Origin: Pseudovirgaria hyperparasitica
Taxonomy: Eukaryota
Length of the DNA: 64,000 nt
Direction: 5' to 3' (one strand)
NCBI GenBank assembly: GCA_010093815.1
Contig: ML996567.1
Shown: positions 37,401-49,235 of the stretch, piece by piece
Layout: the number at the start of each line of letters is the position of its first letter
Position numbering within the stretch: the stretch's first letter is position 1
Translations under genes and position numbers: made by a program
The notes under the pieces: model-generated
Told to the model about the DNA's origin: nothing
Database searches by the model: none
Seen by the model: the letters and a program-made list of their open reading frames with translations, nothing else

Positions 37401-40400
37401 ATCCTGAGGCTGAAGCTCAGCTTATCAATGCGCAAGATGTCCAACACTTCCTTCTGCTATGCCAGCGCCGCGGCCAGAAGCCTGTCCCGTTCGTTCCTGT
37501 CCTTGACAGCACTTTCGAGTTTTTCTTCAAGAAAGACTCTCTATGGCAATCCGAAGACTTGGAAGCGGTTGTTGACCAAGACGTTGGGAGGACCTGTATC
37601 CTCCAAGGTCCAATGGCCGTTAAATACTCAACAAAGGTCGACGAGCCTATCAAGGAAATTTTGGATAACATCCATAACAGTCATATCAAGAGCCTTACCC
37701 AGGATGTTTATGGCGGAGACGAGTCCAAGATCCCAGTCACTGAATATTTTGGAGCCCACGTCGTCGAGTATAGCGAGGTTGTGGAGAATGAGGGTCTGAC
37801 AATCTCTGAACTTGAGGGCAAGGCGATCTATCGCCTGGCATCAACACCAAATACCGCTTTGCCTGATCTCGCATCATGGCTTCAAATCCTTGCCGGGCAG
37901 GGATACTCTTGGCGTCACGCTTTCTTCACAGCCGATGTATTTGTACAGGGCCAACGTTTCCAGACTAACCCTATGCACCGCATATTCGCGCCTACTCCAG
38001 GCATGACTGTAGAGATTGCTCACCCCAATGATCCAGAACAGACTGTGATCACTGTCAGGGAACTATACAACGGTGGCAAATATGTCAAGACGGTCGAAAT
38101 CAGTAAACCTAAGGGCAATGAAATCACGGTGAACCTGATTGAGGGCCGAACTGCTGAAGGCAAGCCTGTAGCACTTCCACTCAAGTTCACCTACCACCCG
38201 GAGACTGGGTACGCCCCGATCCGCGAGGTCATGAGCGAAAGGAATGACCGCATCAAAGAGTTCTATTACCGAGTCTGGTTCGGTGATGAAGTTTGTCCTT
38301 TCGATGCGTCTGTCGATTCCAAATTCGAAGGTGGGCAGGCCAAGGTCACTGGTGAGGCCATCAATGACTTCATCCACGCGGTCGGCAACACAGGTGAAGC
38401 TTTCGTTGAACGCCCAGGCCACGAAGTATTTGCGCCCATGGATTTTGCCATCGTCATTGGCTGGAAGGCCATTACCAAGCCAATTTTCCCAAGGGTCATT
38501 GATGGCGATCTGTTGAAGCTGGTACACCTTTCGAACGGCTTCAGGATGATACCCGGGGCGGAGCCACTCAAAAAGGGTGATGTCCTCAGTACCACAGCTG
38601 AAGTCAACGCTGTCATCAATCAAGATTCTGGCAAGATGGTCGAGATTTGTGGAACTATCACCCGGGACGGTCTGCCTGTGATGGAAGTCACTAGTCAGTT
38701 CCTTTACCGTGGGGTTTACAACGATTTCGAGAATACCTTTCAAAGGAAAATCGAAACTCCAATGGAGCTCCATCTCACGACATCAAAGGACATTGCTATC
38801 TTACGCTCTAAGGAATGGTTCCGCACGGATGAACCAGACCTGGACCTCCTCGATAAGACCTTGACCTTCAAGCTGCAAAGTCTCGTTCGCTACAAGAGCA
38901 AGACTATTTACAGCTCAGTCCAGACCATTGGTGAGGTCCTTCTGGAGTTGCCCACCAAAGAAGTTATCCAGATCGCATCAGTTGAATACGAAGCTGGTGT
39001 CTCTCAAGGCAACCCGGTCTTGGACTACCTCCAGAGGAACGGCTCGGCCATGGACCAGCCTGTCAACTTCGAGAACCCAATCCCGCTAAGTGGCAAGACG
39101 CCTTTGACTCTTAAGGCTCCGGCTTCGAACGAGACATACGCTAAGGTCTCGGGTGACTATAACCCAATTCACGTTTCTCGAGTGTTCTCGAGCTACGCAG
39201 GACTGCCTGGTACTATCACTCATGGCATGTATTCAAGTGCCGCTGTTAGGAGTCTAGTAGAGACATGGGCTGCAGAAAACCACGTTGGTCGTGTCCGTAG
39301 TTTCCACGCCTCCCTCGTCGGAATGGTACTACCTGACGACATAATTGAAGTAAAATTACAGCACGTAGGCATGGTCGCCGGTCGCAAAATCATCAAAATA
39401 GAGGCTAGCAATAAGGAGACTGAAGATAAGGTTCTCATCGCCGAGGCCGAGGTCGAACAACCAGCGACGGCTTACGTCTTCACTGGACAAGGCTCTCAAG
39501 AGCAAGGTATGGGTATGGACCTATATGAAAGCAGCCCGGTCGCCAAAGAGGTATGGGATCGTGCTGACAAGCATTTCTTGGACAACTATGGTAAGTACCT
39601 TTGTGTTCGGCTTATCGATTCTGTTAACATGTACAGGTTTTGCCATTACGAACATTGTCAAGAACAACCCGAAAGAGTTCACAGTCCATTTCGGTGGTCC
39701 TCGTGGCAAAGCAATCCGCCAGAACTACATGTCCATGACTTTTGAGACTGTAGGTGCGGACGGCACGGTCAAGTCGGAAAAGATCTTTAAGGACATTGAT
39801 GAGAACACCACATCCTACACCTATCGTTCGCCCACCGGATTGCTATCCGCCACCCAATTCACGCAGCCTGCATTGACGTTGATGGAGAAGGCGTCCTTTG
39901 AAGACATGAGAAGCAAAGGTCTCGTTCAGCGTGACAGCAGTTTTGCTGGTCACTCTTTGGGCGAGTACTCGGCTCTTGCTGCTCTTGCCGAGGTCATGCC
40001 AATCGAAAGCTTGGTGTCTGTTGTGTTCTATCGGGGTCTGACCATGCAAGTCGCCGTCGAGCGTGACGAGGCTGGTCGTTCCAACTACTCCATGTGCGCC
40101 GTCAACCCGAGCAGGATCTCGAAAACCTTCAACGAGCAAGCCTTGCAATACGTCGTGGAGAACATTGCAGAGGAAACTGGCTGGCTTCTCGAGATCGTCA
40201 ACTACAATATTGGCAATCTGCAATACGTCTGCGCCGGAGATCTCCGCGCTCTCGACTGCCTTACAAATGTCACAAACTATCTGAAGGCCCAAAAGGTGGA
40301 TATCCAGGGTTTGATGGAGACCATGTCTCTGGAAGACGTCAAGGAGCAACTTCTCGATATCGTTCGCGAGAGTGCGAAGCAAACTGAAGCTAAGCCACAG

Positions 40401-40715
40401 CCTCTCGAGCTACAGCGCGGCTTCGCAACCATCCCGCTCCGTGGAATCGATGTACCTTTCCACAGCACTTTCTTGCGCTCCGGTGTCAAGCCTTTCCGAA
40501 GCTTCCTGCTCAAGAAGATCAACAAGACGTCTATCGACCCCAGCAAGCTGATTGGCAAATACATTCCCAACGTGACCGCGCGGCCCTTTGAGATTACAAA
40601 GGAGTACTTTGAGGATGTGTATCGTTTGACCAATTCGCCTAAGATCGGCAACATTCTTGCAAACTGGGATAAGTATGAGGACAAGGACGACGTCAAGGTC
40701 GCTACTGCGGCTTAG
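34415..40715 (+). CDS. FAS1: Fatty acid synthase beta subunit (AT-ER-DH-MPT); exons 34415..39590, 39637..40715
   Basis: FGGQGN and GHSQG (AT); AGMTPTT and GGRGGGHHS (ER); SGDYNPIH...HGM (DH); FTGQGSQ and AGHSLGE (MPT). One 46-nt GTAAGT...TTAAC...CAG intron. Confidence 0.98.
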
Positions 40716-41178
40716 TCTGGATGGTCAGTTTTCGGGGCGGGGAAAGACATTGACGTTCCGATCGGGATACATGTAATGAATGACACTCTGGCTGTACATC
40801 TCAGGAGTTTGGGACTTGTATGTACCTATATAGATGTTTGTGTACGCGCAAGCAAAAGCTAGATCGCGATCTCTTTTTCGTTACATGCTTTGGTCGTCTT
40901 GATGAGGGCTTGACGGACAAAGGTATGTAGCAATATAGGATCCGAGCAAATGAAATAATTCAATGTTCGATGCAAATTCTTATATGCCGCAAGTGGCATT
41001 TCATTCACGTTCTCGTATCGTGTGTGCATGTGTTATGTACTGATAATCTCCGCGGCCCCCCCGCTCAAAAAAAAAAAGACCCCGGGCGTACATTGAAATG
41101 CTCCCAACATGACAAGACACCCGAATAAGAAGAATGAAAAACTAAAAACCTGTAACGCCATCCTTGCTTTTTTTCCTC

Positions 41179-42648
41179 TCACCACCCAATTTGCCGTTGT
41201 TCCTCGCTTGCTCCAGCTCCCGGCGGCAAGCTGGGCATGGGCTCGTGGCCCATCCGTATGGACCCCTGCTGGTACGGAGTGTAGAACTGGCCGCTGTACT
41301 GGCGCTGCGGTGTCGCGGGTGGCGGTTGCATGTAGTGCTGCTGCTGCTGGTGAAGGTGCTGGAACTGCTCTGCGGTCTTGTTGCGGAAGAAGCCAAAGGC
41401 CGTATTTGACATGTAGAAGAAGGAGGAGAGGATGGCGAGGGAGAAGAACTGGGGTGGTGCATTTGTCAGTTTTGGAGGTCGGGTGGGCGGTTGGTCGGTA
41501 GGGGGCAAGGAGAGGAGGAGGAGGATGAGGATGAGAAGAGGGACGTACCATGGCCTTGTAGCTGATGGGCTCAATCAGGCTATTGAAGATCATTGCGAAT
41601 GTATGGGCCGACACGCTTGCTTTGCCTACAGCGGTGGGATCCTGATTCATGCACTTGTCCCAGTTATTGCATACGTTCTCGAGTGCGGGCGCGCGCGTGG
41701 CCGGGTCGCAGCGGTTCTCCTGGTATTGTTTCGCGCACACGGCCATTTCGCGCATTGTCTCAGCGGTGACTTTCTTGGCTGCCATGTCGACGTCGCCCAT
41801 GATGGCGGCGACGAAGGACCAGACGATGTACGCGGCGATGAAGCCGAGGAACCCGTTGAAGAGGAATTGGAGGTACCAGGAGAGGATATGGGGCAGGTTG
41901 GGGTGTTCGTGGACGAAGGAGAGGACTGCGGCGATGACGCTGCCTTTTGGGGATGTGGTGTTGTTCTTCTTGCTCTTGTTGTTGGAGGAGTCGTCTTCGT
42001 CGTCCTCTTCGGTGGAGTTGCGGCGTGCGATTTCCTTGAGCTCTTTTGCGCGCCGGCGTTGGACGCGCCGCTCGCTTTTCGCGGAGTAGTATTCGCGCTT
42101 CGCAATTTCGCCGCGACCAGGGCTATTGAACATGCGACCCATTTTGCCGAAGAAGCTGTTTCGCCGGTCTTTGCTTGGACTGCTCTTCGACGGCGAGGAG
42201 GGTGCCTTGGTAGGTGAGGCAGTGCTCTTCTTCCTAATCACATCCGGAGTGTTGGCTTCACTGTTTATCTCTGTGTCCGGTGTCTCCCCACCACTGGAGA
42301 AGTCGACCTCCATCTTTCTGGGCGTATTGAACTTTGGGTCAAATGATCGCGGAGGGTTGGCTGGCAAAGGCTTATCTCTGCCCGAGGTACTGCTGAACAG
42401 AAAACTACTACCATTGGGCTCGCGAAGCCCAAAAGGCTGTGCTTTTGAAGGAGAATTGAAGGCGCTGTGTGTTCCTGTCGAGGTGTGGTCAATCAGCTTT
42501 TGCGCTCGTGCCAGTCATAGATAATTTCCTGCTCACGCTTCATGCCAGATCTTCCCAGTGTCATGAATGGAGAAGTGGCATCTGTAGGCCCCGTCATATT
42601 CTCGTACTGGAAGTCCATCGGCGTCGCTTTGCTGCGGCGGTCTTCCAT
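41179..42648 (-). CDS. Nuclear envelope Brl1/Brr6-family protein; exons 42648..42537, 42474..41549, 41448..41179
   Basis: HPNLPHILSWYLQFLFN-TM, a four-Cys lumenal loop (CAKQYQENRC...CNNWDKCMNQDP), and FNSLIEPISYKAM followed by a second TM. The N-terminal exon is MEDRRSKATPMDFQYEN. Confidence 0.88.
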
Positions 42649-43076
42649 GGCGATGTGTAACGAGAGGCTACCAGCGATCCAAACTCTTGTTATTGCTCGC
42701 CTGCGAGACTCGATAGGTTGGAATATTTGACAGACTTCAATAGGAAAGTAATCCGTCAGGTGTGCGCAGTTCGAAGTTGAAAGGAATACGGCAAGTCTAT
42801 GATTTCATGAAATATTGGAGTGGTAAGCAAACTAGACGTCTGTCCGACATGGTGATTGTTTTCGTAAACACGCTCGGAGGTCGGGATGTCGGGGAAATCT
42901 GCGCTAGTCTGCATGAGGTAGCACTACTATATCTATTGATTCATGCATGCATCTACCTATTGATATGCATGGTAGTTCAGGCTTAATCGCCTTGCCGGAT
43001 GAATTTTTATCCTTAATGTTTATACTATGGTTGCCCATGTATCTATGTAAACAACGGGTGTATGGTATCTCCTTCT

Positions 43077-44515
43077 CTAGGCTCTTCCTGAGAACCTCTT
43101 TTGCAAGTAGCCCACTCCCATCTCCTCATATTCCTTCCTAGTAACAACTTTATCCCTCAATGCCTCTCGATCCGCACCCAATCTCGCCCCTCCCAGCCAA
43201 GTCGACACAATTGGATCAGGTGCGCGGCTTACTCTCACCGGGTACTCCCTTGGCAGCAGCGTGCGTACCTCCTCGCTCAATCGCTGAACAAGCCCCGATA
43301 TGAGCGTGTTTCCCCCTACGACAATGATATTGCTACACATCGCTGGCCGTAGGCCTTCTGGTAGAGCAGATAGAGATTGTACTATAGCTTCCGGGAGCCC
43401 TGCTTCCGGTATTCCAGTGTCAGTCGGATTGAATATGAGCTCTGGTGTGCGGAATCGCTCATTGGAGAGTGGGAGGATATCTTCGCGCAGCGCAATTTTA
43501 CTTCGCGCAACTGCCGGTGCATGCGGTCTCACATATCCCTTCTTCACAGTCTCGTAGTCTGGCAGCACGAAGTCCAGCGTTGTTGTCTCGTCATACCTCC
43601 GCGTCGCAGCATCGTCTCTCGCACCGCCTGCCCATGTAAGATCCATATCTTTTCTGAAATCGTGAGATATGTATACAGATGCCTCTTTTGCATCGTTAAG
43701 CAGGTGTGTTTCTTCGATGACATTGAAGTGGCGGATAGAGGCTTGCTCCTTTAGGAAATTTGTAAGAAGTTTACCGCCCGGACTAAGGCGTCGAATCGCG
43801 GACTGAAGTGGAGCGGAGGAGAGTAGAGGGATGACGGTGGTATGTGAGTATGAGGTGTCGACCACCAGAAGCGACTGAATGGGCGCAACAGGAGGGGCAG
43901 GGGGAGTGGGAGACTGATTTGTGTAGATCGAGGAGATGTCATTGTAGGCATTCAGAGATGCCGCTAAGAAGCAGTCAGCTACGATTTGTGCAAGGTGTAA
44001 GAGAGAAATGAGTCAATTTGTACCCAGGCATCGGTGATAAGTGGCGAACTGGAAGTACTCAAATACCATCTCATCGGTATTGTTTTGCAGTGCCTCCATA
44101 CAGTTGGGCGCTTCCGTCAGGATCAAGTTTGTATCCTTTGGGTCGACCTGAGCACCGTTCAGCCATCCTCCTCTTGACGCTGCTTTCGTGGCCGTACCTT
44201 GAGCTTCGCGCTATGGTCGAAGAACGAATGCTCCCAGATGGCCTTTTGGGCTTCCCAGTTGACGACAAAGCCTTTCTGTACTGGCCTCCGATATGCGAGC
44301 TCGCCGAAATCATTGCAGTTTTCTAGCTGTGAGCCGATGTATGTCGCTCGGTCGCGTGCGCTGTGTGCGATAGTATTTTGTATTATGGAACAGTCTGTTG
44401 GCTTTGGGTCTGGGCTTGAATAACCAGCTTTGATGGTGTAGGCGCCATTGTCGAGAACGAACGTCTTTGCCGCGAGGTCTGCTTGTGTATTTACTATAGA
44501 CAGGCGAGGCGCCAT
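43077..44515 (-). CDS. ARP6: Actin-related protein Arp6 (SWR1 complex); exons 44515..44198, 44147..44024, 43963..43077
   Basis: VLDNGAYTIKAG, RRPVQKGFVVNW, VVDTSYSHT, GGKLLTNFLKE, DFVLPDY, LSNERFRTPELIFNP and NIIVVGGN. Confidence 0.9.
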
Positions 44516-44735
44516 AATTTGAGAGTGATGCAGTTGTAGCAGAGGCGTCAACGGGCTCAATGAAATGTGAAATGCGGGCACAACCTATCTGCCGCCACAG
44601 CAAATGTGGCGCAAAACCACTTAGAAGACTCTAAATCACGGGACAGCGCGTTTCTCTCGCGCGTGATAGCTTACGCAACCGGGAGTCCTATCATCTATTG
44701 CGTAGGTTCACTGCGTTCGAACAACAGCTTCCAAG

Positions 44736-45398
44736 ATGCCACGGGAGCGCTCAGAAACCGTCCATCTGTGGTATACGGCAGTCTATGAGGCTATCCAAGA
44801 GATACCGGAGGGTAGAGTGACATCGTATAGCCACATAGCAAAGCTGTTGGGAAAGCGTACGTCTCCTTTGTATGTATCGCTTCAACATTTTCGCTAACCC
44901 AAAAGTAGCTGAGCGTAGAAGGTTCATATCATCTTTCAGTTGACACAATATTACTGCTGACATGCTACCAATAAAGACAAGTCGGCATTTGTCTAAAACA
45001 TCTGCCATCGCAAGAAGGCAGCTCGGAGTACCACGATGGCAATGTGCCCTGGCAGCGGGTGATTAACGCCAAGGGCGAGATAAGCCCAAGGTAAGCAATG
45101 TCGGACCAAGCCGGAAGCATGGAGCTGATACGATACTCAACAGAGGGCCTCACGGTGCTACCCGACAAGCTGCGGCGTTAAGACGGGAGCACGTGGATGT
45201 GGATCAAGACAGCATGGGCGTGTTCTCTGTTGACTTTAGTAAATACGGATGGTGAGATGTCTCTTGAGCACCACGACGTCCTGTCCGGGAAAGTCTTGCA
45301 TTGACCAGATCAGGTTCCCAGACATCTTGCCAAGCGAAGAATTCGACGATAGTGACGATACTGAGAACGAGTTGGAAGATGCTGGCGTAGCAGCGTGA
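44736..45398 (+). CDS. atl1: Alkyltransferase-like (ATL) O6-alkylguanine-binding protein; exons 44736..44856, 44909..44921, 44977..45090, 45144..45251, 45314..45398
   Basis: Absent from the ORF track. Spliced product: MPRERSETVHLWYTAVYEAIQEIPEGRVTSYSHIAKLLGKPERRRQVGICLKHLP...NVPWQRVINAKGEISPRGPHGATRQAAALRREHV...KYGWFPDILPSEE...*. IP.G.V.SY..IA, RQVG and PW.RV (Trp in place of the AGT catalytic Cys) define ATLs. Confidence 0.92.
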
Positions 45399-45653
45399 CA
45401 TGACCATAGCAAGTTAATGGCAATGACGTCTAGATATGATGGCTCCTCTTTGATGGATGTCCCTGTAATCGTGTTATCTTGTAACAAAGGGATGGCGCAA
45501 GTGGCGTTTGAAGACCGTTTGCATACGGAAGCAACACTTGTATTAGCGCAGAGGACAAAGCTAGAGGTTGAAGGTAATAATGCTGCGGCCAATAGCACAT
45601 GCATCGAGGGAAACGCATGTTGGCAGAAGTGAATGATACGCGAAACAAAGAGA

Positions 45654-45671
45654 GGGGTTAGGGGTTAGGGG
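45654..45671 (+). repeat. Short telomere-like tract GGGGTTAGGGGTTAGGGG
   Basis: Read directly from the sequence. It is about 2.5 units of TTAGGGG in an intergenic position. Confidence 0.45.
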
Positions 45672-46486
45672 CCATTTCGGCAAAACCCTCCCCCTTTGCT
45701 CCGATCAGACAGGCCCGGTGACTTGTGACTCCGCCAAGACCCTTCACAGCCATGGAGAGCTCCTCATCATCCCCCGACTAAGAGACCGACTTGTCCAAGA
45801 CAACCTCCGTCATCCCTCCAATGCCACCACCGCCAGCTGCATCGTGATCGCGACTACATGTACGCACTTCCGACCGAGGCGTTCGAACAACAGCCGTCAT
45901 GCTGCATGCACGCGCCGTCACAGCCTAGACAGCTTGCCAATGAATGAGCAACTTGCGGCGCGGGATGGCGCCACGGGCTGGATGTTTGGCTTCTGGCTGT
46001 AGGCTTATCAGTGATCAGTGCACCGCTGAGATCCGGGGTAGCAAGATAGAGCAGCTCTTCACTCATTCTTAGTCGTGGTTGCTAACAATAACAACAACAG
46101 CTCTAGGTACTTGTACTCATACATAGCTTGGTTACCTGCTCCAGCTCCTCTCCTCAACACTTCTACCTATCAACATCCTTCTTTCAGGCGTATCCGTTCC
46201 AGAACAGCTTACTATCCGCCACAGCCACCTTCCATAAACCCCCGGACCCATCTTTGACTCAGCTTTGTTCGACTCATCTAAGACGAGTAGCAGCTGCCTC
46301 CCTGTGACACACTCTCACTCTGTGCCAACTACTTCACTCTCACCTCTCCGTCTTCCGTCATCTACTTCTTCATCGCTTTCTCCTACACTTCTTCTCCTGT
46401 CTATTCCCGTCGACCATTAATACTATACCATACTTTTGTCCGACGTCTAATCTCCTACCATACCCGTCCGTACAGAGATCGGAATA

Positions 46487-47116
46487 ATGGCCAGCAAGCA
46501 AACCTTCTCTACTCACGACCTTCGAAGTGCTGCCACCGAAAACCAACGCAGCACTCTTGATCAGAAGCGCAAGTGGGCTCACGGTTCAGCATTCGGACCT
46601 GGTCGTCTTACTACTGACGTTGCCCACGCTCGACCGGCACGTCCCGATAACAGGTACGCACTCTATTGTCGCATACATCCTGTAACCAAACCTAATGTCG
46701 CATACAGAGAACCGAGCGGCGTGCGTCGCGATGGCATAGCTGTTGCCACCTTCAAGGCTCGCTCGCGAGAGGGCCGCAAAGCCGACATCAATGAATACTA
46801 TGATAGTGGAGACTCGTCTGCACCTGAGGAGGTCGATGAGGCGTCTGCAGCTCCAGAGCCAGACGCCGAGGTCGCCTACTCGTTTGACGCCGCCAGCGGA
46901 CCCAGCCACGGAAGTCAGATCCTGAGCGCCGCTTTGGCAAAAGCGGTTGAACGATACGAGGTTGTGGCGACCGATAAGCTCGTCAGAGAAGAGTATGAGG
47001 TGCTCGGTAGTGACGGCGAGCCCGTAGTGAAGGCGAAGGGCAAGGGCAAAGCAATGAAGCCGCCACAATCTGCTCCCGAGGCTGCTGCTGATGAAGACGA
47101 CTTCGAGCTGATCTAA
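46487..47116 (+). CDS. Conserved uncharacterised acidic fungal protein; probable in-frame 54-nt intron 46654..46707
   Basis: Coding-like bias and the block DAEVAYSFDA..GPSHGSQILSAALAKAVERYE...TDKLVREEYEVL, which I recall as conserved in ascomycetes. Intron GTACGC...CTAAT...CAG. The protein ends DEDDFELI*. Confidence 0.8.
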   Translation: MASKQTFSTHDLRSAATENQRSTLDQKRKWAHGSAFGPGRLTTDVAHARPARPDNRYALYCRIHPVTKPNVAYREPSGVRRDGIAVATFKARSREGRKADINEYYDSGDSSAPEEVDEASAAPEPDAEVAYSFDAASGPSHGSQILSAALAKAVERYEVVATDKLVREEYEVLGSDGEPVVKAKGKGKAMKPPQSAPEAAADEDDFELI

Positions 47117-47924
47117 GCTTAGAGCAAACTTCGACAGCATTCCTAGGTGAGAACATGGTTTTGGGTTTTCGGGTCCGCAAGGTCACTGGCGTTTGCTCTA
47201 GCGACTTCATCATCTCTTCGACGGGCGCGATTTGATTGTGCTTTTGGGGTTGGGCTGCATCACGAGAGGAGCATTGGGACACGGCGCTCTTTGAGGACTT
47301 GAACAGCTTCGTGGCTGGGGAGTTTTTACATCCGAACGTCTCTGCTGCATGCATGTTACTCTAGTCCTTTCACAAATCTTATAATCCTGCTGCGGACCTT
47401 TCGATCTTGACATGACGCTACATATATCGAAGCATTCATTGCTTGAGCATTCTAGCCAATGGCGAAGGCCGAGGTCTGTACCTAATTCGGGATGGCGCAA
47501 GGCTGGTGCCCAAGCTACAGGTAGTTAGAACGCCCCAAGCAACGCGCGTACGTCATTATACCACGATCCGGGCAACCTTCTGCATTATTCCAGTCCGATC
47601 AGCACTGTAGGAACTCCATCATAATCCTCTACATATGGGACCTGCAAGCATCTGCATTTACTCCAACTCGCATATGAACGCGTCCTACCCTGCGACATAC
47701 ACCAGTCCCTAATTCCCTATTCACCAGGTTCCTGCCAAGTGGTGTTGGTAAACTCCGCTCCTTCTCGTCATCAACGCGCCGGACAGCATTCACACTCTTT
47801 GACACACATATCTGGCCTGACGCCGTTTCACTCGCTCTGAGACCTTGTCCAGCTCACTGTTTATCGCATTTTCTCCCCGAGTATATCAAACACTAATCAA
47901 TACTCTTATCTCCTCACCTTTACT

Positions 47925-49235
47925 ATGGCAGAGGTCTTGCACCCACCAGAGGAGAAGCCTGTCCCACCACAGCGTCCAAGCCTCCTTACGCGAAAGACGA
48001 ACGCTGAGCATCCACATATTCAGCGACCGCCCGCACCCAATGCACGCCCTCAATGGGTTCTCCACGTACAGGCTCATTTCTGGCGCTCTCTAATGTCAAT
48101 TGGGATGCTACTTCATCGTCTAGCTCCACCTCGGCCGCCAAAGCCTAGTTTCTCGAGAACCATTCAAGCGACCATATCTCCGAACACAGGGCATTTTCAA
48201 CTACACTTCTACGTTCCGAACGACTATGTACTGCAACAGCGTTTGCGCCGAAAGAGATTCCCCGTGGTTGTCAACTTCCACGGGGGAGGGTTCACACTTG
48301 GGACCGCATCAGATGATGCTAGATGGGCACAATGCGTTGTCAGTCAGGTTAATGCCGTGGTCGTAGCGGTGGACTATCGTCTTGCACCTGAGCATGCTTT
48401 CCCAACACCAGTTGAGGACGGGGTTGATGCTGTGAAGTACATCACTGAGCATTGTGAGGATCTCCTCATCGACCCTGATCGCATGGCCATTAGTGGTTTC
48501 TCTTCAGGCGGCAACATGACGTTCACTGTACCTTTACGCATGCAAGAAGAGACAATCATGGTTCCAGAGCGTTCTGTCGAGCCTGATAGTAAAACGGACC
48601 TCACGCTACCCGCCAGCGCTGGTAGCGACGATTCACCGCAAGATTCGTACTCGTCGAGGACATCTAAAAAGAAGCCCCTCAGCATTCGGAAGTCCATGGA
48701 GACCCGGCGCAAATCCAAGGACCTTTTCATAATTTCCGAATCGCACCAGCTCAAGATCAAAGCTCTCTGCGCATGGTACCCACCGACAGACTACACAGTC
48801 ACGCGAGAAGAGCGACGTGCCACTTGTCTTCGCAAGGACCAGGAGCTACCTGCTATGTTCACCAACTTATTTGATGAGTCATATCTGCAGCCTCCTACGC
48901 TTGATATGGCGCACCCGTATCTTTCACCGGGCAAAGCCCCGACGGACATGCTCGCCAAATTACCCGAGGACATTATAATGTATACTTGCGAGTGGGATAT
49001 GCTTCTTGCTGAAGGCGAGAAAATGCGCGATCGGTTGCGCAACGACTTCGGCAAGAACGTGAGGTATCGCATGGTACCAGGCGTGCCTCATGGATGGGAC
49101 AAAGCACCAAACCCATTGAAGGTCACGCCTGGTGTCTGGGACCATTATCTCAATGCTTGCAAAGACCTGAAAGAGGTGCTGCGGACGCCAAAGGGCGCGA
49201 AGCCGAGGAGGTTCTCAACTTTCATGAGTGTATAG
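47925..49235 (+). CDS. Alpha/beta hydrolase of the HSL-like esterase/lipase family
   Basis: Intronless. HGGGF oxyanion motif, DYRLAPEH.FP, GFSSGG nucleophile elbow, CEWDML (Asp) and HGWDK (His). Confidence 0.9.
   Translation: MAEVLHPPEEKPVPPQRPSLLTRKTNAEHPHIQRPPAPNARPQWVLHVQAHFWRSLMSIGMLLHRLAPPRPPKPSFSRTIQATISPNTGHFQLHFYVPNDYVLQQRLRRKRFPVVVNFHGGGFTLGTASDDARWAQCVVSQVNAVVVAVDYRLAPEHAFPTPVEDGVDAVKYITEHCEDLLIDPDRMAISGFSSGGNMTFTVPLRMQEETIMVPERSVEPDSKTDLTLPASAGSDDSPQDSYSSRTSKKKPLSIRKSMETRRKSKDLFIISESHQLKIKALCAWYPPTDYTVTREERRATCLRKDQELPAMFTNLFDESYLQPPTLDMAHPYLSPGKAPTDMLAKLPEDIIMYTCEWDMLLAEGEKMRDRLRNDFGKNVRYRMVPGVPHGWDKAPNPLKVTPGVWDHYLNACKDLKEVLRTPKGAKPRRFSTFMSV

Larger units (their letters stand above)
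44713..45894 (+). repeat. Two exact copies of a 16-bp sequence GCGTTCGAACAACAGC (44713..44728 and 45879..45894) bracketing the ATL gene
   Basis: Read directly from the sequence. It contains the palindrome GTTCGAAC. Confidence 0.6.

Noticed and set aside
41033..41548. C-terminal extension of the 444-aa track ORF 41033..42367
   Set aside because: It reads through an intron (41548..41449). The spliced frame gives the second Brl1/Brr6 TM helix and stops at 41179.
45654..45671. Telomerase RNA template or chromosome end
   Set aside because: The unit is TTAGGGG with only about 2.5 copies, embedded between ordinary genes, with no other telomerase-RNA features recognisable.
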